64,000 nt of DNA. Origin: an uncultured Bacilli bacterium. Lineage in GTDB: Bacteria > Bacillota_I > Bacilli_A > RF39 > UBA660. Shown here piece after piece: positions 51,576 to 61,465 of the stretch. The stretch covers positions 2,534-66,533 of the forward strand of contig CANQZM010000001.1 in the NCBI GenBank assembly GCA_947628345.1, read 5' to 3'. Numbering within the stretch: position 1 is the first letter of the stretch; every line of letters starts with the position of its first letter. A program made the translations under genes and the position numbers. The notes under the pieces were generated by a model that saw nothing but the letters and a program-made list of their open reading frames with translations, was not told the DNA's origin and ran no database searches.

Positions 51576-53050
51576 GGTTTTTTCACCTTTTGATATCCGC
51601 TATTTTCCATTGCAGTTGTTGCCGCATTACTCATTGCTTCAAATAACATATATTCTTTTAACTTTCTTTCTTCTTCTGATAAATCAACATAGTATTTATG
51701 AGGATTATCTATATCTGTAATTCTATCAGTTAAAGTTTCATATTCTTCTTGGCAATAAGCTTGTTTTTCTTTAATTGTTGGTTCATTATAAACTAATTTT
51801 CCATTTATAAATATAGGTACTTGTAATTCTCTTAGCATATAATCATCAATAGTTGTTTTTTTCCAAGGATCTACATCAGATACTAACGTATATTGTTTTT
51901 TTGAAATTATTTCATCATCACGGGCTATGACATCTCCTAATACTTTACCACTATCATTATCATAGAATCTATATACTTTTTTAACTCCTGGATTAGTTGT
52001 TTTTACAGTATCTCCACTAACTTTAATTTTAGGTATTTTTTCTCCATCCTTTTCTATAGCTACTAATTTATAAACTCCATTTAATCTTTCTTTAGAAGCA
52101 GATATATTATCCCCTGCTCCTATTGAATCAATCACTGCCCCTTTATTTAACATATTATTAATTGAATATTCATCTAAGCCATTAGATAGACAGATTGTAG
52201 CATCATGATAGCCTGCATCTACAAGCATTTGTTTAGCAGCTTTTGATAAATATACTAAATCACCACTATCTATTCTAACTCCTTTTAATTTATATCCTCT
52301 AGGTTCAAGATATTCACGACTTACTCTAATAGCATTAGGAATACCACTTTTTAAAGTATCATATGTATCTACCAAAAATACACAGTTATCTGGATGTGAT
52401 TTGGCATATGCTAAAAATGCTTCATATTCATAATCTGCTTCCTGAACAAAAGAATGTGCCATAGTACCAAGTACAGGAATATCGTATTTTTTACCAGCTA
52501 AAACATTACTAGTTCCTTTGCAGCCACCAATAAAAGCATTTTTACTAGCTTCTACTGCAGAATCACTTCCACGTGCTCTTCTTGCACCAAACTCCATTAC
52601 AGGAATATCTTTTGCAGCTGCAGTTACTCTTTTAGCTTTTGTTACTACTAAACCTCCATGATTAAAATTAGCAAGTAAGGCTGTTTCAATTATTTGAGCT
52701 TCTATCATATTAGCTTTTACAGTTAAAACTGGTTCATTTGGAAATGCTGCAGTACCATCTGGCATAGCATAAACATCGCCTGTAAATTTTAAATCTTTTA
52801 AATAAGTTAAAAATTCTTCACTAAAACTACCTGTTGTTCTAAGAAAGTTTATATCATCTTCTGTAAATTTAAAATTTTGTAAATATTTTATTGTCTCATC
52901 AAGTCCTCCTGTCATGGTATATCCTCCATTAAATGGATTAGTTCTGAAAAAGATATCAAAATATGCTTTTTCCTCCTTCTTTCCAGCATCAAAATATGCT
53001 TGAGCCATTGTTAATTCATAAAAATCTGTCATCATTGTTTTATTTTCCAT
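51557..53050 (-). CDS. pncB: Nicotinate phosphoribosyltransferase
   Basis: 497 aa; NAPRTase family conserved regions (GTMAHSF, phosphoribosyl-binding segment). Confidence 0.8.
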   Translation of the reverse strand: MENKTMMTDFYELTMAQAYFDAGKKEEKAYFDIFFRTNPFNGGYTMTGGLDETIKYLQNFKFTEDDINFLRTTGSFSEEFLTYLKDLKFTGDVYAMPDGTAAFPNEPVLTVKANMIEAQIIETALLANFNHGGLVVTKAKRVTAAAKDIPVMEFGARRARGSDSAVEASKNAFIGGCKGTSNVLAGKKYDIPVLGTMAHSFVQEADYEYEAFLAYAKSHPDNCVFLVDTYDTLKSGIPNAIRVSREYLEPRGYKLKGVRIDSGDLVYLSKAAKQMLVDAGYHDATICLSNGLDEYSINNMLNKGAVIDSIGAGDNISASKERLNGVYKLVAIEKDGEKIPKIKVSGDTVKTTNPGVKKVYRFYDNDSGKVLGDVIARDDEIISKKQYTLVSDVDPWKKTTIDDYMLRELQVPIFINGKLVYNEPTIKEKQAYCQEEYETLTDRITDIDNPHKYYVDLSEEERKLKEYMLFEAMSNAATTAMENSGYQKVKKPCEKKN

Positions 53051-53105
53051 AATTAATCTCTCCTTTTCTTTTTAATATTTTATTAATAACATCTTTTAAA
53101 AAAAA

Positions 53106-53690
53106 TTATCTTTTTTTAACTAACTTTATTCCTTGTTGTTCCATAAGTAAATACGCTGCATCTATATAATTTTTCCTTACATCTTCTGCATATGTTGCAA
53201 CAGCATCTTGATGAACTCTAATGTTAACATCTCTATTTACTTGATCATAGTAATTTGCAAGTCCCATTGCTCCATTAAATACGCATATATCTGTACAACA
53301 ACCTACTATATCAACATTTTTAATATTATTGGCATCCCTTACAAATTTTCTAAAAGCAGGTGCTTCCATAAAACTTGTTGAATTCTTTTCAATTAAAACT
53401 GTATTATCTAAACCCAAATATTCAGATAGTTCATCAACTACTAGTTCTTCCCCACTACCTCTAACACAATGTGGTGCTGGAAATCTTTTATGTTCAATTG
53501 AATCCTTTTCGTGTGTATCTTTAATAAATACAATTAAGTTTCCATTTTGGTGGGATTCTTTAATTAATTCAATTTGTCTAGGTATTATGTTACCTATCTT
53601 ATTATCATGTAAAACTCCTTTCTTTACAAAACCGTTAACCATATCTACAACGATTAACATTCCATTATAACATTGTAAATTCTTTATCAT
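53106..53690 (-). CDS. pncA: Nicotinamidase/isochorismatase-family cysteine hydrolase
   Basis: VVDMVNGF, K residue, catalytic Cys in CCTDICV. Confidence 0.7.
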   Translation of the reverse strand: MIKNLQCYNGMLIVVDMVNGFVKKGVLHDNKIGNIIPRQIELIKESHQNGNLIVFIKDTHEKDSIEHKRFPAPHCVRGSGEELVVDELSEYLGLDNTVLIEKNSTSFMEAPAFRKFVRDANNIKNVDIVGCCTDICVFNGAMGLANYYDQVNRDVNIRVHQDAVATYAEDVRKNYIDAAYLLMEQQGIKLVKKR

Positions 53691-54107
53691 AATATCCTCC
53701 CTTTTTGTTATTAACTATTTATTAATAACACTTTTTAAAAATTATACAAGTTTTCTCACTTGTTATTAACATTATATTAATAACAAAACAATTTGTCAAC
53801 ACTTTTTTTGAATTTTTTTTATTTTTTTTACAATAAGTAATAAAATTAATATTCTTTACTTTAAATTTATAAAATATACTATACTGAATATTAATTTTAT
53901 ATTTTTGAAAGGTGATTATATGAAATATAATATTATAGATATTATAGATAAAGATTTAACCGATAAAAAAATAGAGGAAATAATTAATAATAAATTATAT
54001 AAAATTATTGAATTTATGGAGTTAAATGCTAATATTTATGAATAATTGGTATAATGGTATCGGTTATAAATTTAACTTAAAAATTAATTATTGCCTTAAA
54101 AGTAAAG

Positions 54108-55718
54108 GTGATAATAATGAATGAAATGAAAAAGAAATTATTAAGAGTTGGTATTTATTTAAGACTATCTGATGAAGATAATGATAAACAAAATAAATTG
54201 GATAACAGTGAATCAATTAAAAATCAAAGAAATCTACTTCTAGGAGAAATAGAAAAAAGATCTGAATTTCTTCTAGTAGATGAATATTGTGATGAAGATT
54301 TATCAGGCGCAGGAACTTATAGACCAGAATTTGAACGACTTATAAGAGATTGTGAAAATGGTAAAATAGATGTAATTTTATGTAAGAGTCAATCAAGATT
54401 TTCAAGAGATATGGAAATTATAGAAAAGTATTTACATAATAAATTTATCGAATGGGGAGTAAGATTTATAAGTTTTTCTGATAATGCTGATACAGCTAAT
54501 ATTGGTAATAAAAAATCAAGACAAATTAATGGCCTAGTAAATGAATGGTATTTAGAAGATGTATCTAACAATATTCGTAGTGCTTTTAAAACCAAAATGG
54601 AACACGGAGAATTTATTTCTCCCTTTGCTTCATTTGGCTACGAGGTACCAAATTTTGATAATAATAAATTAGTAGTTGATTCTGTAGCTGCAGAAATAGT
54701 AAAAGAGATTTTCAATCTATATTTAATGGGAATGGGTTTTACAGCTATAGCAAAGTATTTAAATAATAAAAATATACCTTCTCCATCTCTATATAAATAT
54801 CAAAAAGGTATTAAATTAAATATTATTAGTAATAGACCTAGAGAAGAAATAAAATGGAGTGCAAATGCTATTAAAACAATATTAACTAATGAAGTTTATT
54901 TAGGACATTTAATCCAAGGAAAAAGAACTACTGTTAGTTATAAAAATCATAAGATTAAAAGCAAAGATAAAAGTGAATGGATAAGAATAGAAAACACGCA
55001 TGAAGCAATCATAGATGAAGATACATTTAATAAAGTTCAAATAGCTATAAAAGAAAGAACTAAACCTATAAAACAAACAGGTCTTGCTCATATTTTTTCT
55101 GGAAAAGTATTTTGTCTTGAATGTAATCAATATATGAGAAAAAAGAATTCTTCAAAACACGAATATTTACAATGCTCAAATAATCGTGATGGTTATAATG
55201 ACTGTATTAATAAACAATCAATTAGATATGATAAATTAGAAAATATAATTTTAAATGAAATCAATAAAAAAATTTGTAAATATTATAATGAAGAAAAATT
55301 AGAAGATTTAGATAAACTAAATAAAAATAATAAATTCACTGATAAAATAAAAGCCTTAAAAAAACAAAGAGAAGAAGTCAGTAATAGCATTGCAAAAATA
55401 AAAAAATATCTAAAAAAACTTTATGAAGATAAAGTAAATGGTATTATTACAGTTGAACAATTCAAAGACTTAATAAAGGATTACAATAAAGATAATGATA
55501 TTTATAAAGATAATCTTAAATCTATTGAAAGTGAAATTTCTTATTATATAAAAAAAAAAGAAAATGTAAAAAAGACTAAGAAAAAATTTAGTAAATATAA
55601 AAATCTTAATAGTTTAAATAAAGTTATTGTAGATGAATTTATTGATAAAATCTATATTGGAAAGTTAAATAAAAAATTAAATAGTAGAGATATTCAAATA
55701 AAATGGAATTTTAAATAA
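54108..55718 (+). CDS. Large serine recombinase (integrase of the NAD island)
   Basis: IYLRLSDEDN...SQSRFSRD resolvase domain, recombinase domain, Cys-rich zinc ribbon (CLECNQY...CSNNRDGYNDC), C-terminal coiled coil. Confidence 0.85.
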   Translation: MIIMNEMKKKLLRVGIYLRLSDEDNDKQNKLDNSESIKNQRNLLLGEIEKRSEFLLVDEYCDEDLSGAGTYRPEFERLIRDCENGKIDVILCKSQSRFSRDMEIIEKYLHNKFIEWGVRFISFSDNADTANIGNKKSRQINGLVNEWYLEDVSNNIRSAFKTKMEHGEFISPFASFGYEVPNFDNNKLVVDSVAAEIVKEIFNLYLMGMGFTAIAKYLNNKNIPSPSLYKYQKGIKLNIISNRPREEIKWSANAIKTILTNEVYLGHLIQGKRTTVSYKNHKIKSKDKSEWIRIENTHEAIIDEDTFNKVQIAIKERTKPIKQTGLAHIFSGKVFCLECNQYMRKKNSSKHEYLQCSNNRDGYNDCINKQSIRYDKLENIILNEINKKICKYYNEEKLEDLDKLNKNNKFTDKIKALKKQREEVSNSIAKIKKYLKKLYEDKVNGIITVEQFKDLIKDYNKDNDIYKDNLKSIESEISYYIKKKENVKKTKKKFSKYKNLNSLNKVIVDEFIDKIYIGKLNKKLNSRDIQIKWNFK

Positions 55719-55760
55719 TCTTACTCAATTAATAGTTAAGATTTGTGTCTTCATAACATT

Positions 55761-55770
55761 CAAAGAGTTG
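55761..55770. repeat. Right copy of 10-bp direct repeat CAAAGAGTTG
   Basis: See 45360..45369. Confidence 0.7.
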
Positions 55771-56102
55771 CTTTAATCAGAACTTTAGCCATCAAACCAG
55801 ATATTTTACTTTTAGATGAACCTATGTCTGCTCTAGATTATCAATCCCGTCTTGCTATTAGTGATGATATTTATAAAATTATTAAAAATGAAGGTAAAAC
55901 CGCTATTATGGTAACTCATGATATTGCAGAGGCTATTAGTATGTCAGATAGGGTCATTGTTTTAACAAAGCGACCATCTAAAGTAAAAAGTATATATGAA
56001 ATTAATCTAACAGATAAATCAACTCCTATAAATAATAGAAAATGTAAAGAATTTTCTACTTACTATGATACTATTTGGAGGGATTTAGATGTCCACATTT
56101 AG
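55771..56102 (+). pseudogene. 3' part of the interrupted ABC ATP-binding protein (Walker B ILLLDEP, D-loop SALD, H-loop)
   Basis: ALIRTLAIKPDILLLDEPMSALD...VTHDI; in frame with 44952..45369 once the island is removed. Confidence 0.8.
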
Positions 56103-56880
56103 TGAAGAACATAAAAAGTATTTAAAAAGACAGCGTCGAGAAAAAATCATTATCTTTATCTTTAGATTATTAATAATTGTGACCTTTTTAATAGGTTGGG
56201 AGTTACTATCTAGATATCATATTATTAATACTTTCTTATCTTCTAGTCCTACTAATGCTATAAAAACCACTATTGATTTATTTAAAGATGGTAGTTTATT
56301 TAAACACATTGGAATTACTTTATATGAGGTATTAATTAGTTTTGGAATTGCTTCTATTTTTGGTCTTATAATTGCAACCATTTTATGGAGTAATAAAATT
56401 TTATCAAAAATAATAGATCCATATTTAACAATATTAAATTCTTTACCAAAAGTTGCTTTAGGTCCTTTAATAATTATATGGGTTGGAGCTAGTATTAACT
56501 CTATAATATTTATGGCTTTATTAATTAATACTTTTATTACAATTATTAATATTTATAATGGGTTTATTTCTACTAATAAAAATTATATTACTTTATTAAA
56601 ATCATTAAAGGCCACCAAAAGACAAATCTTTTTTAAAGTAGTCTTACCAAGTAATTATGTTACTGTTATAAATGCTTTAAAAATAAATATCTCTATGAGT
56701 TTAATTGGTGTTATTATGGGAGAACTATTAGTATCTAAAAATGGATTAGGATACCTGATAATGTATGGTTCTCAAGTATTTAATATTGATCTTGTTATTA
56801 CTTCTGTTGTTATATTAGGTATTATTTCTTATTTAATGTATTTTATAATTGATAAAATTGAACAACATATAAGAAGATAA
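56089..56880 (+). CDS. ABC transporter permease (SsuC/TauC-like)
   Basis: Six TM helices; EAA-like loop region; overlaps ATPase stop. Confidence 0.75.
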   Translation: MSTFSEEHKKYLKRQRREKIIIFIFRLLIIVTFLIGWELLSRYHIINTFLSSSPTNAIKTTIDLFKDGSLFKHIGITLYEVLISFGIASIFGLIIATILWSNKILSKIIDPYLTILNSLPKVALGPLIIIWVGASINSIIFMALLINTFITIINIYNGFISTNKNYITLLKSLKATKRQIFFKVVLPSNYVTVINALKINISMSLIGVIMGELLVSKNGLGYLIMYGSQVFNIDLVITSVVILGIISYLMYFIIDKIEQHIRR

Positions 56881-56884
56881 AGTT

Positions 56885-56920
56885 AAAAGTTGGTTAAAAT
56901 GAAACCAACTTTTAATTTTT
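56885..56920. terminator. Bidirectional rho-independent terminator hairpin AAAAGTTGGTT-loop-AACCAACTTTT with flanking T/A runs
   Basis: Read directly between convergent genes. Confidence 0.55.
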
Positions 56921-56944
56921 ATTACTTTTTGATTTACTACAAAA

Positions 56945-57808
56945 CTATTTTTTATTTTCCAATTTTTCTTTTTTCTCTAAATATTGATAGTTAAGATTAT
57001 TTTGATTACTAATTACTGTTTTACCAAGTTTTTGCTCTAAATTATCTCTTGCCACTTTAGAAACATTACCTCCCATTTTAGCAATAACTTTATTTTGTTC
57101 TAAACCATAAGGCTTATGCTCCTTAGCAAGTTCACGAGTAGCAATTTCTCCTAAATCAGTAAGAACAATTTCTATATCAGACATGTTATCTCTTAATGAT
57201 TCTTTTCTTATACCTTTATATGATTTATATTCACCTGTTTTCATACCCGACCATTCTTTATATATCTCATTAGTTAGAATTCCATATTCATAATCTTTTG
57301 AAACACCTCCCTCTTTCCATATATCAGTTAATTTATTTCTGTCTAATATACCTTTTAATCTAGCTTCAATCCATTTATCAGAATATCCCCTTTTCCGGTA
57401 ATAATTAATTGCTCTTTTAATAGCAATTTCAGGATCAAATACCTCATCGATTCTTTCACTACCTAAATTTGCAAGCCAAAGTTTAAAAGGCTCAGCTTTA
57501 GGCGAAGGAACAGATTCTATAAGTCTTAATATTCCTTTAGTATCTAATGTGTCAGTAGAATAACTTTTTCCATCTTTTTTAGATTTCATTTTCAGTTGTA
57601 CACATTTTGTGGACAACTCACTCTGTTCTTCTTCAGTCATTCTTTTCTTTAACATATTCCAATAATTTCTTGGATTGTTACTTTCAGTTAAATCACTTAT
57701 TACATCTACTACGCTAAAATAATATTCTTCTTTTTCACTATCCCAAACACTTCTGATTTCTTTACCATCAAATAGATTTGAGATTGTTTCTAATTTGTTT
57801 TGATTCAT
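56945..57808 (-). CDS. Bro-N domain / DinD-like protein, paralog 2
   Basis: About 55% identical by eye to 60268..61125; N-terminal Bro-N-like (IRSVWDSEKEEYYFSVVDVISDLT); start MNQNKLET at 57808 with RBS AGGAGG (ORF track starts 57859). Confidence 0.65.
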   Translation of the reverse strand: MNQNKLETISNLFDGKEIRSVWDSEKEEYYFSVVDVISDLTESNNPRNYWNMLKKRMTEEEQSELSTKCVQLKMKSKKDGKSYSTDTLDTKGILRLIESVPSPKAEPFKLWLANLGSERIDEVFDPEIAIKRAINYYRKRGYSDKWIEARLKGILDRNKLTDIWKEGGVSKDYEYGILTNEIYKEWSGMKTGEYKSYKGIRKESLRDNMSDIEIVLTDLGEIATRELAKEHKPYGLEQNKVIAKMGGNVSKVARDNLEQKLGKTVISNQNNLNYQYLEKKEKLENKK

Positions 57809-57842
57809 ATAAATCCTCCTTAATAATGGCATTATATAATAA

Positions 57843-57854
57843 GAACATTTGTTT
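57843..57854. promoter_or_regulatory. GAACATTTGTTT (GAAC-N4-GTTT, clostridial LexA/Cheo-box-like) overlapping a TTGACA -35 upstream of Bro-N paralog 2
   Basis: Motif read directly; identical 70-bp promoter region duplicated at 61148-61212. Confidence 0.45.
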
Positions 57855-57977
57855 GACAATATATTCTTTAAATTATTTTAAATTTAATACAAAAAAGCAA
57901 ACATAAATAGTCTGCTTATAAAAATTTTTTTCTAAAAATATCTATTCCTATATTCTTTAGTATACTATAAACTTCTT

Positions 57978-59024
57978 TTAGAATGGTAATTTTCCTTCAT
58001 ATACATATATCCAAGAATAATTATCGCTAATTTGGCATAATTCATTATCTAGTTTAACCTTAATTAATTTATCTTTAATTTGATCAAATTGTTTCTTTGA
58101 TATTGTTTTTTCGATTATCTTATCATCTCTAATCTCTAAAATTCCCATACCAGCCCAAAAATCAACCATAGATGAGGAGTTAGAAGCTAAATGTAACCAT
58201 AGTTCTCCACCTGCTCCTAAACCGAATGAGCCAAGTAAAGGAATCAAATTATCTTGCTCGAAATACTCTTTTCCTCTTAATTCGTAGTCGATATCCAAAA
58301 ACGCTTCATTAAGAGTTCTTGAATTATATATATATTTACTTCTTTCTTCATCAGATATATTAGTTAAATCTTCTTTACCATTCCACATAATATTGGTTTC
58401 AGCTCTCTTTAATCTAATTTCTTTTTCTTCATCAGATAAGGTATTAAATCTTTCTTGAACTTCAGGTAAATAATCATACATTTTTGTTAATAATTCTTCT
58501 CTATCATAAAAATCTCTAGCCAAAACAACGCTTAAATCTATAGGATATTTTGTTTTATTATTTACAAAATCGATTAATTGTTTAAACACTTTATTATATT
58601 TATCCATACCTTCTTGTGGTGTATTATTCATGTAAGTTAATGCTACTTCTTCTGATTCAAACTCTATTTGAGTTCTTTTTTCTTGAGATTCAGCAATTGG
58701 CAAAACATATTCCATTAAATATTTTATAGTAAATATTTCCGCCCAATCAGGTTCAGGATATGTTGGAGACCAAAAATGCTTGTATCCTCCAAAACAAAAG
58801 CAAAATAAGAAATTTAGGTTGTTGTTTAATATAATATCTACTTTTTCTTCAGTATACTTCTTTGCATCTTCATATTGTGCTTTCCTAGACCATTTTCTTG
58901 AAAATAATCTATTAAGTATTTTATCTTTAATATCTTTGCCTTCAAGTTTATTTGTTTGAATGTTATTAAAGTTTAGTAATTCGTTATTAACAAATTCATT
59001 TACTTTTATATCTAATTCATTCAT
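57978..59024 (-). CDS. Hypothetical protein (348 aa)
   Basis: ORF with RBS AGGGAG; no recognised domain. Confidence 0.45.
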   Translation of the reverse strand: MNELDIKVNEFVNNELLNFNNIQTNKLEGKDIKDKILNRLFSRKWSRKAQYEDAKKYTEEKVDIILNNNLNFLFCFCFGGYKHFWSPTYPEPDWAEIFTIKYLMEYVLPIAESQEKRTQIEFESEEVALTYMNNTPQEGMDKYNKVFKQLIDFVNNKTKYPIDLSVVLARDFYDREELLTKMYDYLPEVQERFNTLSDEEKEIRLKRAETNIMWNGKEDLTNISDEERSKYIYNSRTLNEAFLDIDYELRGKEYFEQDNLIPLLGSFGLGAGGELWLHLASNSSSMVDFWAGMGILEIRDDKIIEKTISKKQFDQIKDKLIKVKLDNELCQISDNYSWIYVYEGKLPF

Positions 59025-59145
59025 TGTATCAACTCCCTTAATTAATTATATCATTAATCTCATAATCTTAATACCAGTGGCAGAAATAAATACTTTATTT
59101 TACTAAATATCTTTTTAATATTTAAAGCAATTTACTGGTTTAACT

Positions 59146-59268
59146 CAAATTTATTGTATTCTTCATCACTTACAGGTTTTAACCAAAAATTCCCTGTATC
59201 TTAACCAGGACTTCTACTGCAATATGACTAAACCAAAAGTCTTTTCTTACTCCATGCTAATGTTTTAT
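59146..59268 (-). repeat. Cupin-gene 3'-end remnant, copy 1 (most degenerate, about 123 bp)
   Basis: Alignable by eye to 62654..62775; overlaps the last codons of the inositol monophosphatase gene. Confidence 0.6.
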
Positions 59269-60042
59269 ATACTTTTCCACTTTTTGTAATATTTTTGAAT
59301 GTGATATTCCATTTGTAATAATAGCTCCTTTTATATCACTATCATATCGCTGTTGTTCACCATATATATTTGTCACTTTACCACCTGCTTCTGTAACAAT
59401 AAGATAAGATGCCGCTAAATCGCAATTACCATGACTAGTTCCTGGAAATATATCACATGAAAAATCTCCTGTTGCAATAGCCATACAACTTCTTGCAACA
59501 CTTCCAATGGATGAAATCGTTGAAGAAGATTTTAATTCCTTTAGTAGAGATACCTCATCGATTATATCGTTATTAAATATTTCAATATTAGTTCTATACC
59601 CTAAATCACCTAAGCTTTTATCATTTACGTGAATTCTAACATTATTGCAATAAGCACCCTCTCCTTTTATTGCAGAGTACATTTTATCTTCATTTGCATT
59701 ATATACTACTCCAACAATAGGCTCACCATTATGAACTAAAGCTAAGGAAAATACAAATACTGGAATATGATTAACATACATACCTGTTCCATCTAAGGGA
59801 TCACATACCCATACATACTCTGAATCTTTTTTATAACTCTCTTCTTCACCATTGACTGAATGATCCTTATATTTTTCTTTTACTTTTTCAATTAGGTAAC
59901 TATTTATTTTCTTATCTACAAGTGTAACAACAGTTTTATCTTCTTTATAGTTTAAATCCATATTATCATTATAATATTCCAACATTATTTTTCCTGCACA
60001 TAAGGCAATTTCTTTAGCAAACTCTAAATACTCATTAAGCAT
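59257..60042 (-). CDS. Inositol monophosphatase family protein
   Basis: WVCDPLDGT motif and metal-binding residues. Confidence 0.75.
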   Translation of the reverse strand: MLNEYLEFAKEIALCAGKIMLEYYNDNMDLNYKEDKTVVTLVDKKINSYLIEKVKEKYKDHSVNGEEESYKKDSEYVWVCDPLDGTGMYVNHIPVFVFSLALVHNGEPIVGVVYNANEDKMYSAIKGEGAYCNNVRIHVNDKSLGDLGYRTNIEIFNNDIIDEVSLLKELKSSSTISSIGSVARSCMAIATGDFSCDIFPGTSHGNCDLAASYLIVTEAGGKVTNIYGEQQRYDSDIKGAIITNGISHSKILQKVEKYIKH

Positions 60043-60060
60043 ATTACTCTCCTCCTATAA

Positions 60061-60255
60061 CTTATCATATTCTTCATCACTTACTGGTTCTAACCAAACA
60101 TTCTCTATATCTTCACCAGGTATTTCTACTGCAATATGGCTAAACCAAAAATTTTTCTTGCTCCATGAAAATGTTTCTCATTTGCAGGTATTACTACAAC
60201 ATCTCCTGGAGATAGTTTTTGTACATATTTTCTTTCCTCCTGATAGGAGGCTAAT
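60061..60255 (-). repeat. Cupin-gene 3'-end remnant, copy 2 (about 195 bp)
   Basis: Alignable to 62654..62850 including ...CCTGGAGATAGTTTTTGTACAT... Confidence 0.6.
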
Positions 60256-60267
60256 ATTTTAGCAAAT

Positions 60268-61125
60268 CTATTTTTTATTTTCTATTTTTTCTTTTTCATC
60301 TATATATTGATAGTTTAATTTGTTTTGATTGGTAATAACTGATTCTCCAAGTAGACTTTCAATTTCATCTCTTGTGTTTTTAGCAACTTGTCCACCTGCA
60401 TGAGCAACTTTTATATTTTCTTTTAATCCTTTAGGTTTCGTTTTCTTTGCTAGTCTCTTTGTTACTTCTTCACTTATATCAGTTAGAGATACTTCTATAT
60501 TATCCATGTTATCTCGAAGGGCCTCTTTACGAAGACCTTTGTACTCCTTATATTGTTTTGCAGTCATTCCAGACCAAGTTTTATATATTTCATTTGTTAA
60601 AATTGCAAATTCTTTACTTTCAGTAATGCCATTTTCTTTCCATACATCAGTAAGTTCTTTTCTATCTTGAATACTTTGCATTCTTTTAGTAATCCATTTT
60701 TCTTCATAACCTTTGGCTCTATATAAATCAATTGCCCTTTGTGCTGCGATTGATGGATCAAATATTTCATCAATTCTTTCACTACCTAATTTCGCTAACC
60801 ATTGTTTTATAGGTTCTGCATTTTTACTCGGAATAGATTCAATTATTCTAAACATATTTTCAATATCAACTACATCAGTTAAACGATATTTGCCATCCTG
60901 AGCTTTAAGTTTCAACTGGTCACAATTTGTGACCGTTTCATTTCCCTCATCTTTTAGTCGACCTTTTAATACATTCCAGTAGTGTCTAGGATTTTTACTA
61001 TCAGTTAGAACTCTTACAATATCAACTACACTAATATAATATTTTTCTTCTTTCTTATCCCACACGGTTCTAATTTTTTCATTATTAAATACTTTGTTGA
61101 TTAAATGCATTTTATCTTGATTCAT
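60268..61125 (-). CDS. Bro-N domain / DinD-like protein, paralog 1
   Basis: N-terminal Bro-N-like (IRTVWDKKEEKYYISVVDIVRVLT); C-terminal half similar to the DinD C-terminus (AHAGGQVAKNTRDEIE); RBS AGGAGG. Confidence 0.65.
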   Translation of the reverse strand: MNQDKMHLINKVFNNEKIRTVWDKKEEKYYISVVDIVRVLTDSKNPRHYWNVLKGRLKDEGNETVTNCDQLKLKAQDGKYRLTDVVDIENMFRIIESIPSKNAEPIKQWLAKLGSERIDEIFDPSIAAQRAIDLYRAKGYEEKWITKRMQSIQDRKELTDVWKENGITESKEFAILTNEIYKTWSGMTAKQYKEYKGLRKEALRDNMDNIEVSLTDISEEVTKRLAKKTKPKGLKENIKVAHAGGQVAKNTRDEIESLLGESVITNQNKLNYQYIDEKEKIENKK

Positions 61126-61159
61126 TCAAAACCTCCTTGATAAAAATATTATATAATAA

Positions 61160-61171
61160 GAACATTTGTTT
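61160..61171. promoter_or_regulatory. GAACATTTGTTT LexA-box-like motif overlapping TTGACA -35 upstream of Bro-N paralog 1
   Basis: Identical to the site at 57843. Confidence 0.45.
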
Positions 61172-61258
61172 GACAATATATTCTTTAAATTATTTTAAAT
61201 TTAATACAAAAAAGCAAACTACATAAATAATTTGTTTGTAAATTTTTAAATTTTTTCT

Positions 61259-61455
61259 GATCTAATTTATTATATTCTTCATCTGTAACTGGTTCTAACC
61301 ACTCGTTTGAAGTTTCTACACCTGGTACTTTTTCGGCAATATGACTAAACCAAAAATTGAGTACCATACCAATGTTTAACATTTGAAGAAATTATTACAA
61401 TATCACCTAGAGATAATTTTTGTACTGGCTTTCCGTTTTCTTGATAGGATGGTAT
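61259..61455 (-). pseudogene. Cupin-gene 3'-end remnant, copy 3 (about 197 bp; stop mutated, spurious 65-aa ORF 61185..61382)
   Basis: Encodes ...NFWFSHIAEKVPGVETSNEWLEPVTDEEYNKLD, matching the C-terminus of the 62654..63076 cupin. Confidence 0.65.
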
Positions 61456-61465
61456 TTTATCAAAT

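Larger units (their letters stand above)
45370..55760. mobile_element. About 10.4 kb integrative island (large serine recombinase at right end) carrying an NAD salvage/biosynthesis gene set; inserted in the ABC ATPase gene
   Basis: Split host gene, 10-bp flanking direct repeat, terminal recombinase gene 34 bp from the right junction. Confidence 0.75.

Noticed and set aside
45370-55760. NAD-salvage island as a prophage
   Set aside because: No capsid, tail, terminase, portal or lysis genes. Only a serine recombinase plus metabolic cargo. Better described as an integrative island.
61185-61382. 65-aa ORF called in the six-frame track
   Set aside because: It is the read-through of a cupin 3' remnant whose stop codon mutated (TAA to CAG), not an independent gene.
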